64,000 nucleotides of DNA from positions 18,848,001-18,912,000 of the forward strand of contig CP075492.1 in the NCBI GenBank assembly GCA_021613535.1, written 5' to 3'. A program made the translations under genes and the position numbers. Origin of the DNA: Adineta vaga. Its lineage: Eukaryota > Animalia > Rotifera. Below are positions 12,849 through 25,465 of this stretch, in pieces (within the stretch, counting starts at the first letter, position 1; the number at the start of each line of letters is the position of its first letter). The notes beneath the pieces were generated by a model. That model ran no database searches. It saw nothing but the letters and a program-made list of their open reading frames with translations, and was not told the DNA's origin.

Positions 12849-14756
12849 ATGAACGTATTATTTTTTCTCGCAAGTGTCATTATTCTAGTTCTATGTCTGT
12901 TGTCATCTGCAACAGTCGCTCAAGAACCATGTTCCATCGGTTTCTATAGATTATATGGTTCATCGTACTGTAAAAGATGCCCAGCTGGTCATTACTGTGA
13001 CACTGTCGGAGCAACTGTACCAACTCCATGTCCAGCTGGAACTTTCAACACCAAAGGAGGTTCTATTGACAGTAATGATTGTCTCAAGTGCCCTATAGGA
13101 ACATTTCATCTTAATGAAGGACAATCATCATGCCTACGCTGCTGGCCGGGAAATTATTGTGATACACCTGGAGCAACTCAGCAAACCAAATGTCCAATGG
13201 CAACGTACAATCCGACGGGTGGTGCTGTTAGCAGTACTGCTTGTTTAAAGTGTCCTGTTGGTCAGTTCAATATGGCTGAAGGGCAATCATCATGCGAGCG
13301 ATGTCCACTTGGTTCATATTGTGATGAAGTTGGCCTAACGAGTCCAAAGCGTTGCCCAGCGGGAACGTTCTATCCGAATACGGGTGCTAATAATATCGCA
13401 TCATGTATCAAATGTCCTGCGGGATCATTTAATCCGGTGATTGGAAAAGCGTCATGCCAACTCTGTTACACGGGAAACTACTGTGATAGTACTGGACTAA
13501 CAGAGGGAAAACTTTGTCCACCTGGGACATATAATCCCAAATACGGTTCTCTCAACGCGACATCTTGCTTAAAATGTCCTATTGGTCATTACGATTCATA
13601 TAATGGGCAAACATTATGTTCTCGTTGTTCTCTCGGCTCGTATTGTGATGAAGTTGGCCTAACGAGTCCAAAGAAGTGTCCATCAGGTACATTTAGCGCA
13701 AGATCTGGTGCTGCTAGTGAGACATCTTGTATACAGTGTCCTATTGGCTCATATAGTTCATCACCAGGAGCAGAGTCATGTCGTCTCTGTTACCCGGGAT
13801 ACTACTGTGATAGTATTGGACTGATTGAGGGAAAGCCCTGTCCACCTGGAACATATAATCCAAGTTACGGTTCTATGAATATAACGTCTTGTATTAAATG
13901 TTCTGTCGGTTATTACAATCCATATGAAAGACAATCATCATGTTCTCGTTGCCCTCTCGGTTATTATTGTGATACTGAAGGAGTAACTGATCCAAAACCA
14001 TGCCCACAAGGGACATTGAACCCAATAACCGGTGCTGTTAGTGAGAGATCTTGTGTCCAATGCTCGATGGGTTCATTCAATCCGTCGATCGGACAAGTAT
14101 CATGCCAACTCTGTTTCACGGGGTACTACTGTAATAGTACTGGACTAACTGAGGGAAAACTTTGTCCACCTGGAACATATAATCCACAATACGGTTCTAT
14201 GAATATAGCGTCGTGTATTAAATGTTCTGTTGGTTATTACAATCCATATGAAAGACAATCATCATGTTCTCGTTGCCCTCTCGGTGCATACTGCGATGAA
14301 GTTGGCCTAACGAGTCCAAAGAACTGTCCACCTGGGACATACAACTCAAAAGGTGGTGCTGTTAGTGAAACATTTTGTGTCAAGTGTCCTATTGGCTCCT
14401 ATAGTTCATTACCAGGAGCAACATCATGTCACCTTTCTACACCAGGATATTATAGCGATACTATTGGTCAAACTGATGAAACACGTTGTCCACTAGGTAC
14501 ATATAATGAACATGTGGGTGCTAATAGTAGTACAGTTTGTATTCCGTGTCCTATCGGTACGTATGGATCAAACCTTGAAGGATCGTACTGTATTTTATGT
14601 CTTCCCGGATTCTATTGTGAATCCAGTGGAATATATATTGGTACAGTCTGTCCATCTGGTACATACAACTCTAACGCAGGTGCTACCGACATTTCGGCGT
14701 GTATTACATGTCCAGCAGGTCAAGACTCGTTGATTATACCTATAGATTGTCATTAA
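12849..14756 (+). CDS. Secreted Cys-rich repeat protein (GCC2/GCC3, ephrin-receptor-like/TNFR-like CxxCPxGxY repeats)
   Basis: Signal peptide followed by ~11 units of ~54 aa, each with three C-P-x-G-x-Y/F motifs. Single exon, GC-richer than flanks, no TM segment. Confidence 0.9.
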   Translation: MNVLFFLASVIILVLCLLSSATVAQEPCSIGFYRLYGSSYCKRCPAGHYCDTVGATVPTPCPAGTFNTKGGSIDSNDCLKCPIGTFHLNEGQSSCLRCWPGNYCDTPGATQQTKCPMATYNPTGGAVSSTACLKCPVGQFNMAEGQSSCERCPLGSYCDEVGLTSPKRCPAGTFYPNTGANNIASCIKCPAGSFNPVIGKASCQLCYTGNYCDSTGLTEGKLCPPGTYNPKYGSLNATSCLKCPIGHYDSYNGQTLCSRCSLGSYCDEVGLTSPKKCPSGTFSARSGAASETSCIQCPIGSYSSSPGAESCRLCYPGYYCDSIGLIEGKPCPPGTYNPSYGSMNITSCIKCSVGYYNPYERQSSCSRCPLGYYCDTEGVTDPKPCPQGTLNPITGAVSERSCVQCSMGSFNPSIGQVSCQLCFTGYYCNSTGLTEGKLCPPGTYNPQYGSMNIASCIKCSVGYYNPYERQSSCSRCPLGAYCDEVGLTSPKNCPPGTYNSKGGAVSETFCVKCPIGSYSSLPGATSCHLSTPGYYSDTIGQTDETRCPLGTYNEHVGANSSTVCIPCPIGTYGSNLEGSYCILCLPGFYCESSGIYIGTVCPSGTYNSNAGATDISACITCPAGQDSLIIPIDCH

Positions 14757-14896
14757 AAACAAACTTGATTCATCAATAAATTATAACAAAGGAAAACATA
14801 TTAAAGTAAAACCTTCCTTAATGAACATCTCTTGTTTGAACGCATACACCGGTCCCCTCACCCCCGATTACTTTTTTCTATAAAATGACTTCTATA

Positions 14897-14967
14897 CAAT
14901 GGACACCTTCTATAGTAAACGCTTTTTGAACGGTCTCGTTGGTGTTTACAATAGAGGGGTTTTACTA
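14897..14967. mobile_element. Tiny Tc1/pogo-like MITE
   Basis: TA-flanked imperfect TIRs CAATGGACACCTTCTATAGTAAAC / GTTTACAATAGAGGGGTTTTACTA. Confidence 0.45.
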
Positions 14968-15245
14968 TAATTATATCGAAATTTTTTTGCAAAACTTAAC
15001 CAGCGAAGCTGTACTACAATGGTTCGTGTAATATTTGATACAACTCGACCAATTTTTACACATTTAATTAGATCACACAAGCAAATAGCTTTATTTCGTC
15101 GAAAAGAGTGTGGATAAAAGGATGTTTCTGATTCATTCACATTTACATCTTCTTCAAGACTTTGATTGACTGTTGTTTTTACAGTAGAAAATTCATACAT
15201 TCAAAGATACGTTAAAAAAGAGTTTTCTCTACTGAAAATGTAGGT

Positions 15246-17578
15246 TTACACGAGAGAGCAAACCATTGAAACAGCGTTGGTATCACTAGGAGCGACGAGA
15301 ACATATTTTTTAGTTTCTTTCATAAATTCAAAAAATGTTCCAATTGGTAATATTTTGGAGTTTGATTGAGCTAATTCCCTTTTCAGGGAATCATACATCA
15401 CATTAGAGTTCATTCGACACATTGTATGTAGTGCACATAATGTTGATCCATTCAATCCTGTACATATCGGTAACATAGCATCAAGATTCTTACTTTCCAA
15501 AATATATTTCACATCATTTTGCGACCAAAGACTCAAGACATGTGGCACAGTTCGAGATAACGTAGTAGCCCTTTGAATTAAAAAGCAAAATAGTCTAAGA
15601 TTATATCAAAGTATATATTATCACTTACGTAACGATAGCTGAAGGCTTAATATCGACTGCATGAGTTGTTGTTGATACATAATTGTTAACCACGAGTGGT
15701 ACAATTGAGATTGAACTACTTCGATATCCAGCGATCTCTTGAACGCTTCTACTATATGCTTCGTCGAAAGTCTTAGCTTTATGAAAATCAATATAAATTT
15801 TATTTGTAGTTAAAAGGCCAAACCAAACCATCTACACGGTATGGACCTTTGTCAATAAGAGGAATGACATGACATTGTTGTTTATATGCATAATGTGCTT
15901 CCAATTCACAAAAACCACTTTTTTTGTACGATTCCGACATACAAAAGAACAATGTGTCGGAGAACTATACATATTATCACGATCCAACCAAACACGAAAA
16001 TTGTCCTTTTCAAGACATTCTTCAATTTGATAAACAAGCTCTTTATCACAAGTAACGCTCATCATTTGGATTCGCTGACACTTTTCTGAAAGAATAATAA
16101 CAGTGCTTAGTAACATCCGCAAGCTGAACCTAGACTTGACAGGATCCCAGTCCAAGAAAACTTTATACATAAGAGCTTTTTAAAAGTGTTTTTCATCTTT
16201 TCACCATTTCGAAGTATTATTAAATTATTTATTGAAAGAGAAGAGCAAAAACAAGTGCTGTTTGTAAATATTCATGGATCTGATCGCTTAATACTTCTCA
16301 AAAATGCATGACCCATACTTATTTTCCTTCGTATAAGGCTCTTAAACAAACGTCTAATCGCTCGTCGGCCTGCCCCGATCGGTCACTCGCGACTGATCGC
16401 TAACATCCATGGCCTTTTCTCTATTTTCCTTTCAATCATGTGTGTAATGCAAGAGATTCGCTCATCATAGTAAATCAATTCATAACCGAAGACTTAAAAA
16501 AAATGCATGATCGCGCCGTTTCCAGTATAGGTTTCATTTTTATTTTCAGGTAACAGAACTTTGTCGGATTCGTTCTCGTAGATCATGAATTAAGTGCCTT
16601 CGAAGAAACGTCCAAAGCACGTGAGTCATTCAAATCAAAATTGTGAACTGTCACTCTCTAAATCAACGTCTAGTCGTTCGTCGGACTCCCTCCGGTCGGC
16701 CACTTATGGCTAGCCGTTAAAATGAACGCTTTCATTGTTTTGTCCACTTTTGATTCATTTCCAAAACGAATAAGTGAATTTCCTTTGGTCTTCTCTTCAA
16801 AAAGGCACTGACTTTGTATTACTATAAAGGATTCCAATTCCTCAATCTCGATTACCCTTTTGTCAAACTTTATACGAAATACTAGAATTCATCATTTGTT
16901 AATTAGCTAATTAATTAATAAGTGATCAAGTAGAACCGACGTCAGACTCGTGATCCTCGACCTCAATTACCCTTAGGTTAACTTTTTCTCTTTACCTAGA
17001 TCGGTTTCTAGCAATTTACTGAATGCTGATTTCTGATTGGATGGGCCGCACAAACTTATTGCATTTCAAGCCGCTGATTTTAACGCTGTATAACCCTTTC
17101 TTTCAGAAAAGGGAATTATGCGAATTACTCTAAAACAAATATTATTCTTTTTCGAATTTAATGAAATCTTACTTTGATTATATTTTACAATTGTACCACA
17201 GTTTTTCTATATGATTATTTCAATCTATACACTTACTATCATAATATCATATTCATACTGTTTTTTTATTGAAGAAACTTCAGCCTGATCTTTGTTTGCC
17301 AAAAGTTTACCATTTATTTCCTTTTGTTCTCTCGTGTCTGTTATACTTCGATCTCCATTTGTTAATTTCCATAGGATACTGTCAGCAACACGCTGCAAAC
17401 TGACGTCTTGAGACTTCGATAACAATTTGATATGTGTTATTAGTTCGGTATTATCTCGAATCATGTTTGTTGCTTGTGTATTGAACGTCATTATGAGAAG
17501 AAGTTCTAACGAGCGTTGCTTTACAATACATTCGAACATAAGTATAATATCGTATAATATGGTTATGTGTGTACGCAT
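15246..17578 (-). pseudogene. Disrupted ARM-TIR-SAM (SARM-like domain set) gene
   Basis: ARM-like VADSILWKL, then TIR start YDIMI (~17240). TIR resumes ~1.2 kb away (DKELVYQIEECLEKDNFRVWLDRDNM; frameshifted GWFGLLTTNKIYIDF), followed by SAM-like WSQNDVKYILESKNLDAMLPICTGLNGSTL. Contains frameshifts and an internal deletion. Confidence 0.8.
16065..17235. mobile_element. Insertion (TE-derived) splitting the TIR domain
   Basis: Non-coding block separating adjacent TIR residues. Contains diverged direct repeats (~16343-16408 vs ~16659-16723) and duplicated TTACCCTT motifs. Confidence 0.5.
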
Positions 17579-19262
17579 ATGTAGGTATATCTATTCTTTT
17601 TTTCCATTTCGCCTCGGTATGCATGAATTTATGTGGGAGAAGGATTTCTCATTAAACAGGAACAATTTCTTGAACGACTGGATACATTGTCCACTGCTGC
17701 ATTAGGTATGTCGATCTCAGTAGCCGATTGATATCGAGCACATAGTTAAGACTTCATTTAGTAAGAGAGGCTTTGGAACACCTAAAACCTACTATTGAAA
17801 CTGACATCTTCCGGTAAAATTGTACGCTAAAACTCAGCTATCTTCGATAATCAGTTTAACTCATTTTTGCGGATGCAGTTCCATTTTACTGCAGACTGTC
17901 TACACAAGGAAACTAATGCTTCTGTGAAAAAAGAAAGCACCTCAATACTTTTTGAATATCTGATAAACAGAAGCACCTAGAAATCTACGGTTTTCATTAT
18001 TCGAAAGAGACATGCTAGGGCTCTGATATGATATTAAATTAACACGATTTTGTATTGAGTAAGTAGGTCAGCTTTCATTATTGTGAACTATCGGGAAGCG
18101 AAGGATTTAAAAAACTTCGGAAACTAATAAGATATTTTTGAGAATTATTCCGATGTTCGTCAACCAAAAAAGGCTTTGGAACTAATTTTAGTTTAGGAAA
18201 CAGAAGCTTTCAGTTTATAGTACTTACTCAAGGCAGTTTTAGAATGAGATCGGTTTTGAAGAAAAACTTGTTATTATGAAAAGTATCGAAATAAAAACTC
18301 ATATTAAACATCAATTTTCATCGATCCAAGGTGATACTTGTTTGGTAATATTTTTGCCCTAAAATATACGAAAGTACTCTAGTGAAAACTAGGTTCTTCT
18401 AAGCTATCGACAGTGCTCTACACGCTCGTGTTCACTTTTTTCTTTTTTGATTCAGGTGCAACAAATTCTTAGAATTCTAGATAAGTATACTTAGATTCTA
18501 AGGTAATACTTCCTCGTTAAATCAAATTTCATATTCACATGAAATTCGACTTACAGTGGGACTTGTCAAGGATTAAGTATTTCTGAATCTTTTTAACAGA
18601 CATCTACACTGTACTCTGTTAGAAATGAATTGATTACCATCATTCAATTGTGTTTGCTGTATGTTATCAACTGATGTATGCTTCAAACGAAGTCTATAAA
18701 AAATAATCGATTAAAATCTTAATAAAGGACTAAAATCGAAGCGGTGAGGCGTACTGGCAAGTAGATCGAACGTTTCTGTACAAACTATTTATCCATTTGA
18801 GGTCCGGTCAAAAACGTTTCAGACGAGTGTAAACTATGGATGAGGAAAAAAATACAATGTTGATTCCGAACAAGTCAAAGGAAAATTCTCGAAAACAATC
18901 ATTGATCTGATTGAGTGTAGTACTGATAATAACGTCCCATAGTCTTTTCGCCCATTGGGACCAGCTGCGACTATTAATAGTAGTTTTTTCCACATGTAGC
19001 CAAGTTCTTTCGTCTTATTCGTTTTATAGACGGCGGTATCTGCACCCTCTTCCATCGTAGTAGGCATGGGGGTTCTAAATTAGCCGACTGCTTCTAGAGT
19101 GTAACTGCAAACTTCGATCAAATTCATCGAACACAAAAGAAAACGGTCGGTCAGTTGTGCATGAAATTTTTGTAACTCATTCTTGTATTTGGTTGCTTCT
19201 TCAATCAATCTAGTTCACTTTGAAAAATCGAAGGATAACTTTCAGTTTTACTTTCATTATAG

Positions 19263-20033
19263 ATTTTCCAAAATATTCCCGTCGATGCTGGATGGACACG
19301 CGGTGCTGTTACCATTGCTGGAGGTTACGGTCATGGGAATACATGCACTCAACTCGGTTTTCCTCATGGTCTTTGTATGTATGATGATCAAATTGTCTTA
19401 ATTGCTGATTATGACAACCATCGCATTGTAGAATGGAAGTGTGGTGCAACGAGTGGTAAAGTAGTGGCCGGTGGAAATGGAAAAGGCAACCAGATCGATC
19501 AATTGAATCACCCAACAGATGTGATTCCTGACAAAGAGACAGACAGTCTCATCGTCTGTGATAACGGAAATCGTCGGGTGACACGATGGCCCCGTCAAAG
19601 TGGTACAAGCGGAGAAATAATTCTTGAGAACATCAATTGTGAAGGACTGACAATGGATGATCAAAGATTTCTTTACGTCTCTGATGGAGAAAAGCATGAA
19701 GTGAGACGATATCGAGTGGGAGAGATGCAGGGAACATTAGTGGCGGGTGCCAATAAACAAGGTAATGGTCTCAACCAACTCAATAGCCCTTCCTACGTCT
19801 TTGTCGATTCAGATTATTCTCTTTACGTGTCTGACAGGGACAACCATCGTGTGATGCGTTGGCGCCATGGAACAACAGAGAAGACTGTCATTGTTGGTGA
19901 AAATGGTGTTGGAGAACAAGTAAATCAGTTGAATGTTCCTGTAGGTTTAGTATTCGATCGACATGGCAATCTTTATGTCACCGATTGTAACAATCATCGA
20001 GTTCAACGATTCTTAATCGAAAGAATGCATTAG
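19263..20033 (+). CDS. NHL-repeat beta-propeller terminal exon (upstream exon not identified)
   Basis: AG acceptor at 19261-2 opens an in-frame exon (NIPVDAGWTRGAVTIAGGYGHG...) continuing into ORF 19377; repeated YVSD..NHRV motifs. Confidence 0.75.
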   Translation: MFQNIPVDAGWTRGAVTIAGGYGHGNTCTQLGFPHGLCMYDDQIVLIADYDNHRIVEWKCGATSGKVVAGGNGKGNQIDQLNHPTDVIPDKETDSLIVCDNGNRRVTRWPRQSGTSGEIILENINCEGLTMDDQRFLYVSDGEKHEVRRYRVGEMQGTLVAGANKQGNGLNQLNSPSYVFVDSDYSLYVSDRDNHRVMRWRHGTTEKTVIVGENGVGEQVNQLNVPVGLVFDRHGNLYVTDCNNHRVQRFLIERMH

Positions 20034-20667
20034 GGTCGGTACCCAAAGATAAATACAGACTTGTGAAGTAGTAATTTAAAACAAGTTTACGTGACTTCTA
20101 TCAATTATTTAGATTTAAAATGATTTTTATGAATTAAAACGACTTTATCTTGTTTCAAATGATATGAAAAGGTTTTCGATTAGTGAATACTGAATCATGC
20201 CAGGTTATTATCAGTTGTATGGCAAATAGTTCAAAGGAGCACGTCCTTATAAGAACACGTTTTTAGCCCGTCTCAGTTTGTATGATTTGTATTCATGCTT
20301 TCATGCACAGATCGGTGAATTGTATCTTCATGATTATTTTTATATTTAAGACAATGCATTTTGATAAAAGTTCTAGCGTTATCAAAGTCTTTCCGTTATA
20401 TACCAGCTAACCGTTCGAAAGAAAAATGACATAAACTAAGAGCCATTCAAATTTGACTCGATAGATCATACTTCAAGCTACATTTTTATGACCAAAATGT
20501 ATATTCAGAATACCGTATTCATTGTTATTGGATCAAATATTTGTTATCTATATAGTTTCCCGACTCTGTTTCTATATCAATTATAGGATTAACTAAACGA
20601 CCACTTAACTATAGTTGAAGAAACCTCAATTTAATTTGTAATGATACGCTCTTTTTGTTGTTCTTTG

Positions 20668-20702
20668 TTGGGTGTGGATATCTCCTTTTCTTTCACACCC
20701 AA
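20668..20702. repeat. Telomere-like palindromic element (short copy)
   Basis: TTGGGTGTG-GATATCTCCTTTTCTTT-CACACCCAA(GATT). Confidence 0.7.
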
Positions 20703-21119
20703 GATTGCCCATCTCTGTTTCAGAGACTTCTCATGAATGCAATAGATGACAGTGTTGATGTTTCTAAAGCTATTGGACGATAGAATTCATGGGTGAAGAG
20801 AATCTTTTCAGTTGAAATAGACAGTAAGTCGCTTTATCTTATTTTTCAGTCGAAGGTCAAGCGAGACACAACATCGACGAACGTTACTTATGATTACATG
20901 TTAGCGAACATGAGCGTAGATGAATGTTTAGAAATTATTTGTTGACATTTTGGCATTCATAGGTCAAATGAGATAATGCGTTTTTACATCATATTCAATA
21001 TATCAATAAAGAATAGGAAGGTAGGATATTTGTAATAAGATATCATTGTGAAGAACGATAGACATCATATTCATAAAAGAAAAGAAGGAAATATCATAGT
21101 ACGAATAGGCATTCACAAT

Positions 21120-21395
21120 ATTGTAGACGCATCCGCTGAAGGACGCGGCTTTTTCATAATGGTTGTGGTTGTGTCTTGAAAGATCGCGGTCTGCAAAATG
21201 AACCGACCTTGACCGCGGTGTTTTTTATCGAAATATCGATTTAGCACCGTAAACTAGAACGAAACCGCGATGTTTACACTGTTGAATATCGCGGTTTCAG
21301 AAAAGCTTGATAAGACATTAGATTAGTTGCGGTATTCGAGAATCACCATACATTACGATATTATATTTTGCGAACTTTCTATTACAAACCGCGAT
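21120..21395. repeat. Degenerate repeat rich in ACCGCGGT motifs (TE-derived)
   Basis: Multiple (A)CCGCG(G/A)T motifs in AT-rich DNA; a related cluster lies at ~22683-22815. Confidence 0.4.
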
Positions 21396-21676
21396 CTCCT
21401 CATTATGTACGAAGATATCATTGTTCTACATGATTTCGTGCTAGTAATATGGTCATATCGCAACAATTTCCATTCATATAATCACAGTTAAATTTAAAAA
21501 AAGATATTTCTGATTGAAGTTAGATTCAGTTTTTTTCCATTGACAAATGAAATGAGATGAGATAAAAAGACTTGTTCTGAAAGTCAAATTACGAAGAAAT
21601 TATTAAACTAAATTCACATAGACGTTATAGATTAATCTAATTGAGTTAAAATAGACATGAATACATCTTAAAGATA

Positions 21677-21967
21677 CTCAGGCAGACAAAATCGATAAAA
21701 AAACGCGATTCGCGAGAAAAAAACAACGTTCTTATGTTGGTTTTTTCCAACAAAACCTTTATTAACTACGTTATAAAATACACTTTTGTGCGCGTACAAA
21801 CGTTGTTATTGCCTATTTTCTGTCGAAAAGAGAAAACATCGTTTAGACGGGTATAAAAGTGTATTTTTTAACACGGTAAATATATGTTTTGTTGGAAAAA
21901 ACCATAATATAAGAACGTTGTTTTTTTCTCGCGAATCGTATTTTTTTATCGATTTTTTCTGTCTGGG
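21677..21967. mobile_element. MITE with ~80-bp TIRs and TA target-site duplication
   Basis: TA|CTCAGGCAGACAAAATCGATAAAAAAACGCGATTCGCGAGAAAAAAACAACGTTCTTA... is mirrored by ...TAAGAACGTTGTTTTTTTCTCGCGAATCGTATTTTTTTATCGATTTTTTCTGTCTGGG|TA. Confidence 0.85.
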
Positions 21968-23478
21968 TATTATAGTCAGATTTCGTTGAGATGATCATTT
22001 GTGACAATATGTTCATGAGATAGTAAAAGTTCAGAGATAAAAATAGACACAAATCTGTTTTTTCGACTGATGGAATCAAGATAAGTCTACCGAGTAGTAT
22101 TCTCATGCGTTCTGACGTACAAACCTACATATAGACAGAACTGTAATAATATTTAAAATAGTTAGACTTTGTCGTAACGCATGATAACGTAGTTCACCAA
22201 CTAAAGAGACTCATGAATGTATTTTTTGTCTCCAGAAATGATTTTATTCGAATAGATTGTGTTTATAGTTGAATTATCATGACTATGAGTGATAAATAAG
22301 ATTTTATATATATCCCGTACAGCACATCATCAACATGAATATCTCAGAAAATTTAATAAAATTATAAATGAGATATAAATTATTAGAAATTATAAGATTC
22401 TTATAAATCTACACTGATTAGACAGACTATCACATCTGATGTTAGTATGAACATCACCGGGTGGTTCAACAAAATTAGTGGATTGCAATCACTCGATAAG
22501 AAGTTCGAATCTAATCAGAAGAAAATAAATAAAAAATAGATAGTGATATTTAATGAATTGACCGAAGTGTTAAAGTATCATCTTAAGATAATGGATAGGT
22601 TACAAACATAGAAAAATTAAAGATTACCAGATAGATGTCAGAAATAATATACCACCAACATGATGAATTCATTTTTTTCAAAAACCGTTAATAACCACGG
22701 TTTGAACATACGGCGGTTTCGGGCGGTGTAGAAAAAACCTAATAAAAGGTCTGACTTTTTTGGTACAAAATCACCGTTGAAAACCGCAAGTAATAAACCG
22801 TTAATTGCCGCGGTATTTATTAAAAAATTTTCCGTGGGTATAAGAAGATGTGTGTTATCATCGTCATGCAATTTATCAAAAATCATTTCTATAATTTTTT
22901 CAATCAAAAAATATTTACTTAACTGATTTTCTGATTATTTAATTGAGTAATATCTTGCAGATAATAAAGAGTCATTTAAGAATATTATTCATTCGTTTAC
23001 TCTATCATAGTGACACATTTTCTGTATCGTTCAATAATCTTTATGTTGAGAAACATAGACTGCATAAACTTTGCACTTATTGAAAGTAATCGATTTACTA
23101 TTTTTCATTTTATACATTCAGTGTTAATGATCAACAAGACAACGATATTGTGCCTCGTGTACCGTATGTCGTCACTTCCGATAAATGAAGTACTCTTTGA
23201 CAAATATTTAAACACTATCGACATCTATTCAATATTTTTACGAAATTATTCTTTTGTTCAAAAATACAAATGTTTTCAAACACTTATCGATTTTACAAAA
23301 AATTAATAAATTCTTTTCGTTCCATTCGATTTTTTTTCATTTCATGTTACGAACTCTGTTGCAACCAATGATTTTTCCAACATCTAAATATTTTTGTTGA
23401 CTTTGACTCATGTTTTTTTTTAAATATTCAAGTGCATCGACAGACATTTCATTCGTTTACGAACTTCAATTCAAACAA

Positions 23479-25465
23479 ATGGCTATGGCGAATAATACAA
23501 AACAATGTTTCAAATGCCAGAAATACAAAAGAATTATAATTCCATGCCAAGGATGTTCAAAAGAATTTTGTCAAACAGATTTCAATGAACATCAACAATT
23601 ATTAAATGAAGAATTAAACTTTATTATCAATGATTATGATCAATTTAGACATACGATCAACGATCAAAAACCAAATCCACCAAATCATTCATTGATCAAA
23701 CGAATTGAACAATGGGAAACAAATTCAATTCGAACAATTCGACAAACAGCCGAAAAATGTCGACAAAGTGTTTTAGAACACTCCGAAACATCTTTTAGAG
23801 AGATCGAACAAAAATTAAGTGAATTAAGTGAACAAATCAAAGAAATTCAACGAGAAAATGAATTTAATGAAATTGATTTGAAGGATTTAAGAAGAAAATT
23901 AAATAAAATGAATGAAGAACTGAATAATCCATCAAATATTTCAATTGAAGAACATTGTCAAGGATTTATTAAGGAAATTTCAATTGTTTTAAGAAAGGGT
24001 AAGTTGAAAGTTTTGAATTCTTATTTTATTGAAATGAAAAACTGATTTTAAACTGATACTTAAACATTTAAATTTTGAAATGAAAAATAAAAAGACAAAT
24101 CAAATTAATACACTATAAAATACCATGTAGTTTTATGTTCTTCATTCGAATGATTAAGAGAGAAAGTCCGATACTTCGCGATCATAGAGATCTCTTATAG
24201 AACATTAAATGAACAAAAAATGTTGTTAAGTTATCTGAATTGTGAGAAAAATGAAAAGATTTAATATTTTTATTGATTTACTTTTTTATTCGCATATTCA
24301 CAAAAAACAAATGTTGAAAAAATAAAAACATTTTTATTGATTTTCAAACTTCGAATTATTTTTCATTTATCAAAAAATAATGATCAATTTAAAACATTTT
24401 CTTTTCTTCAAAATTCAGTTTTTTATCTCAAATTTCGCGAAATTCGAAATGATTTTATTCAAATCAAATTTCTTTTTCTTCTTTTCAAATTTTAATTTGA
24501 TTAAAACACGAAAAAATAAACTTTTCATTTTCTTTTTCACAAATCTTTTTTCTTTTCTTTGTTTAGAAACGAAATTTCAACAATATGGAATTATTGTTGC
24601 GGGAGGAAATGGACAAGGAAATCAATTAAATCAACTCTCTAGTCCTTCTGGAATCTTTGTTGATGAAAACAAAACCATTTTCATTGCTGATTATGACAAT
24701 CATTGTATTGTTGAATGGGAATGTGATGAAAAACAAGGACAAATCATTGCAGGTGGAAATGAAGAAGGAAATAGAATAGATCAATTGAATCACCCAACAG
24801 ATGTGATTGTTGATCAACAAAATTATTCAATCATCATTGCTGATTATGATAACGAACGAGTGATGCGATGGTCTAGAGATCAAAAACAACAAATTCTCAT
24901 CGAAAATATTCGTTGTTTGGGTTTAACAATGGATCAATATGGATTTCTTTATGTTTCTGATTGTGAAAAGAATGAAGTGAGAAAATGGAATTTAGAAAAG
25001 ATGAATGAAAACAAAGAAGGAACATTAGTTGCAGGTGGAAATGGAAAAGGAAATCAACGAAATCAATTCAATGAACCTGATTTCATCTTTGTTGATAAAG
25101 ATCAATCTCTTTATGTTTCAGATTCTCTGAATCATCGTGTGATGAAATGGAGAAAAGATGCGCATGAAGGAATAGTTGTGGCTGGAGGAAATGGTAAAGG
25201 AAACAATCTCAATCAATTGGATAATCCTCAAGGATTATTTGTTGATGAATGGAAGCAAATCTATGTGGCAGATTGTGACAATGATCGAATAATGCGATGG
25301 TATGAAGGAGATGAAGAAGGGGAGATTGTTGTTGGTGGAAATGGTCAAGGAAGTCAATCAAATCAATTGAATGGTTCCTATGGTTTGTCATTTGATTTCG
25401 AAAGAAATCTTTATGTTTCAGATTGTTGGAATAATCGGATCGTTCGATTTGATAAAATTAATTGA
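23479..25465 (+). CDS. B-box-like/coiled-coil + NHL-repeat protein (RING-less TRIM-NHL-like)
   Basis: Exon 23479-23998 (CFKC..CQGCSKEFC..FNEH + coiled coil); phase-1 intron 23999-24566 (gtaagt...ttag); exon 24567-25465 with six NHL repeats. Confidence 0.9.

Noticed and set aside
18740-19130. ORFs 18808 and 18834 as the first exon of the NHL gene
   Set aside because: They are on the opposite strand and have no recognisable domain.
21786-23306. Short ORFs 21786, 21843, 22638 and 23010
   Set aside because: They overlap a MITE, degenerate repeats or AT-rich spacer DNA and have no protein-like motifs.
24380-24566. Phe-rich N-terminus of ORF 24380-25465
   Set aside because: It is translated intron sequence upstream of the AG acceptor at 24565-6.
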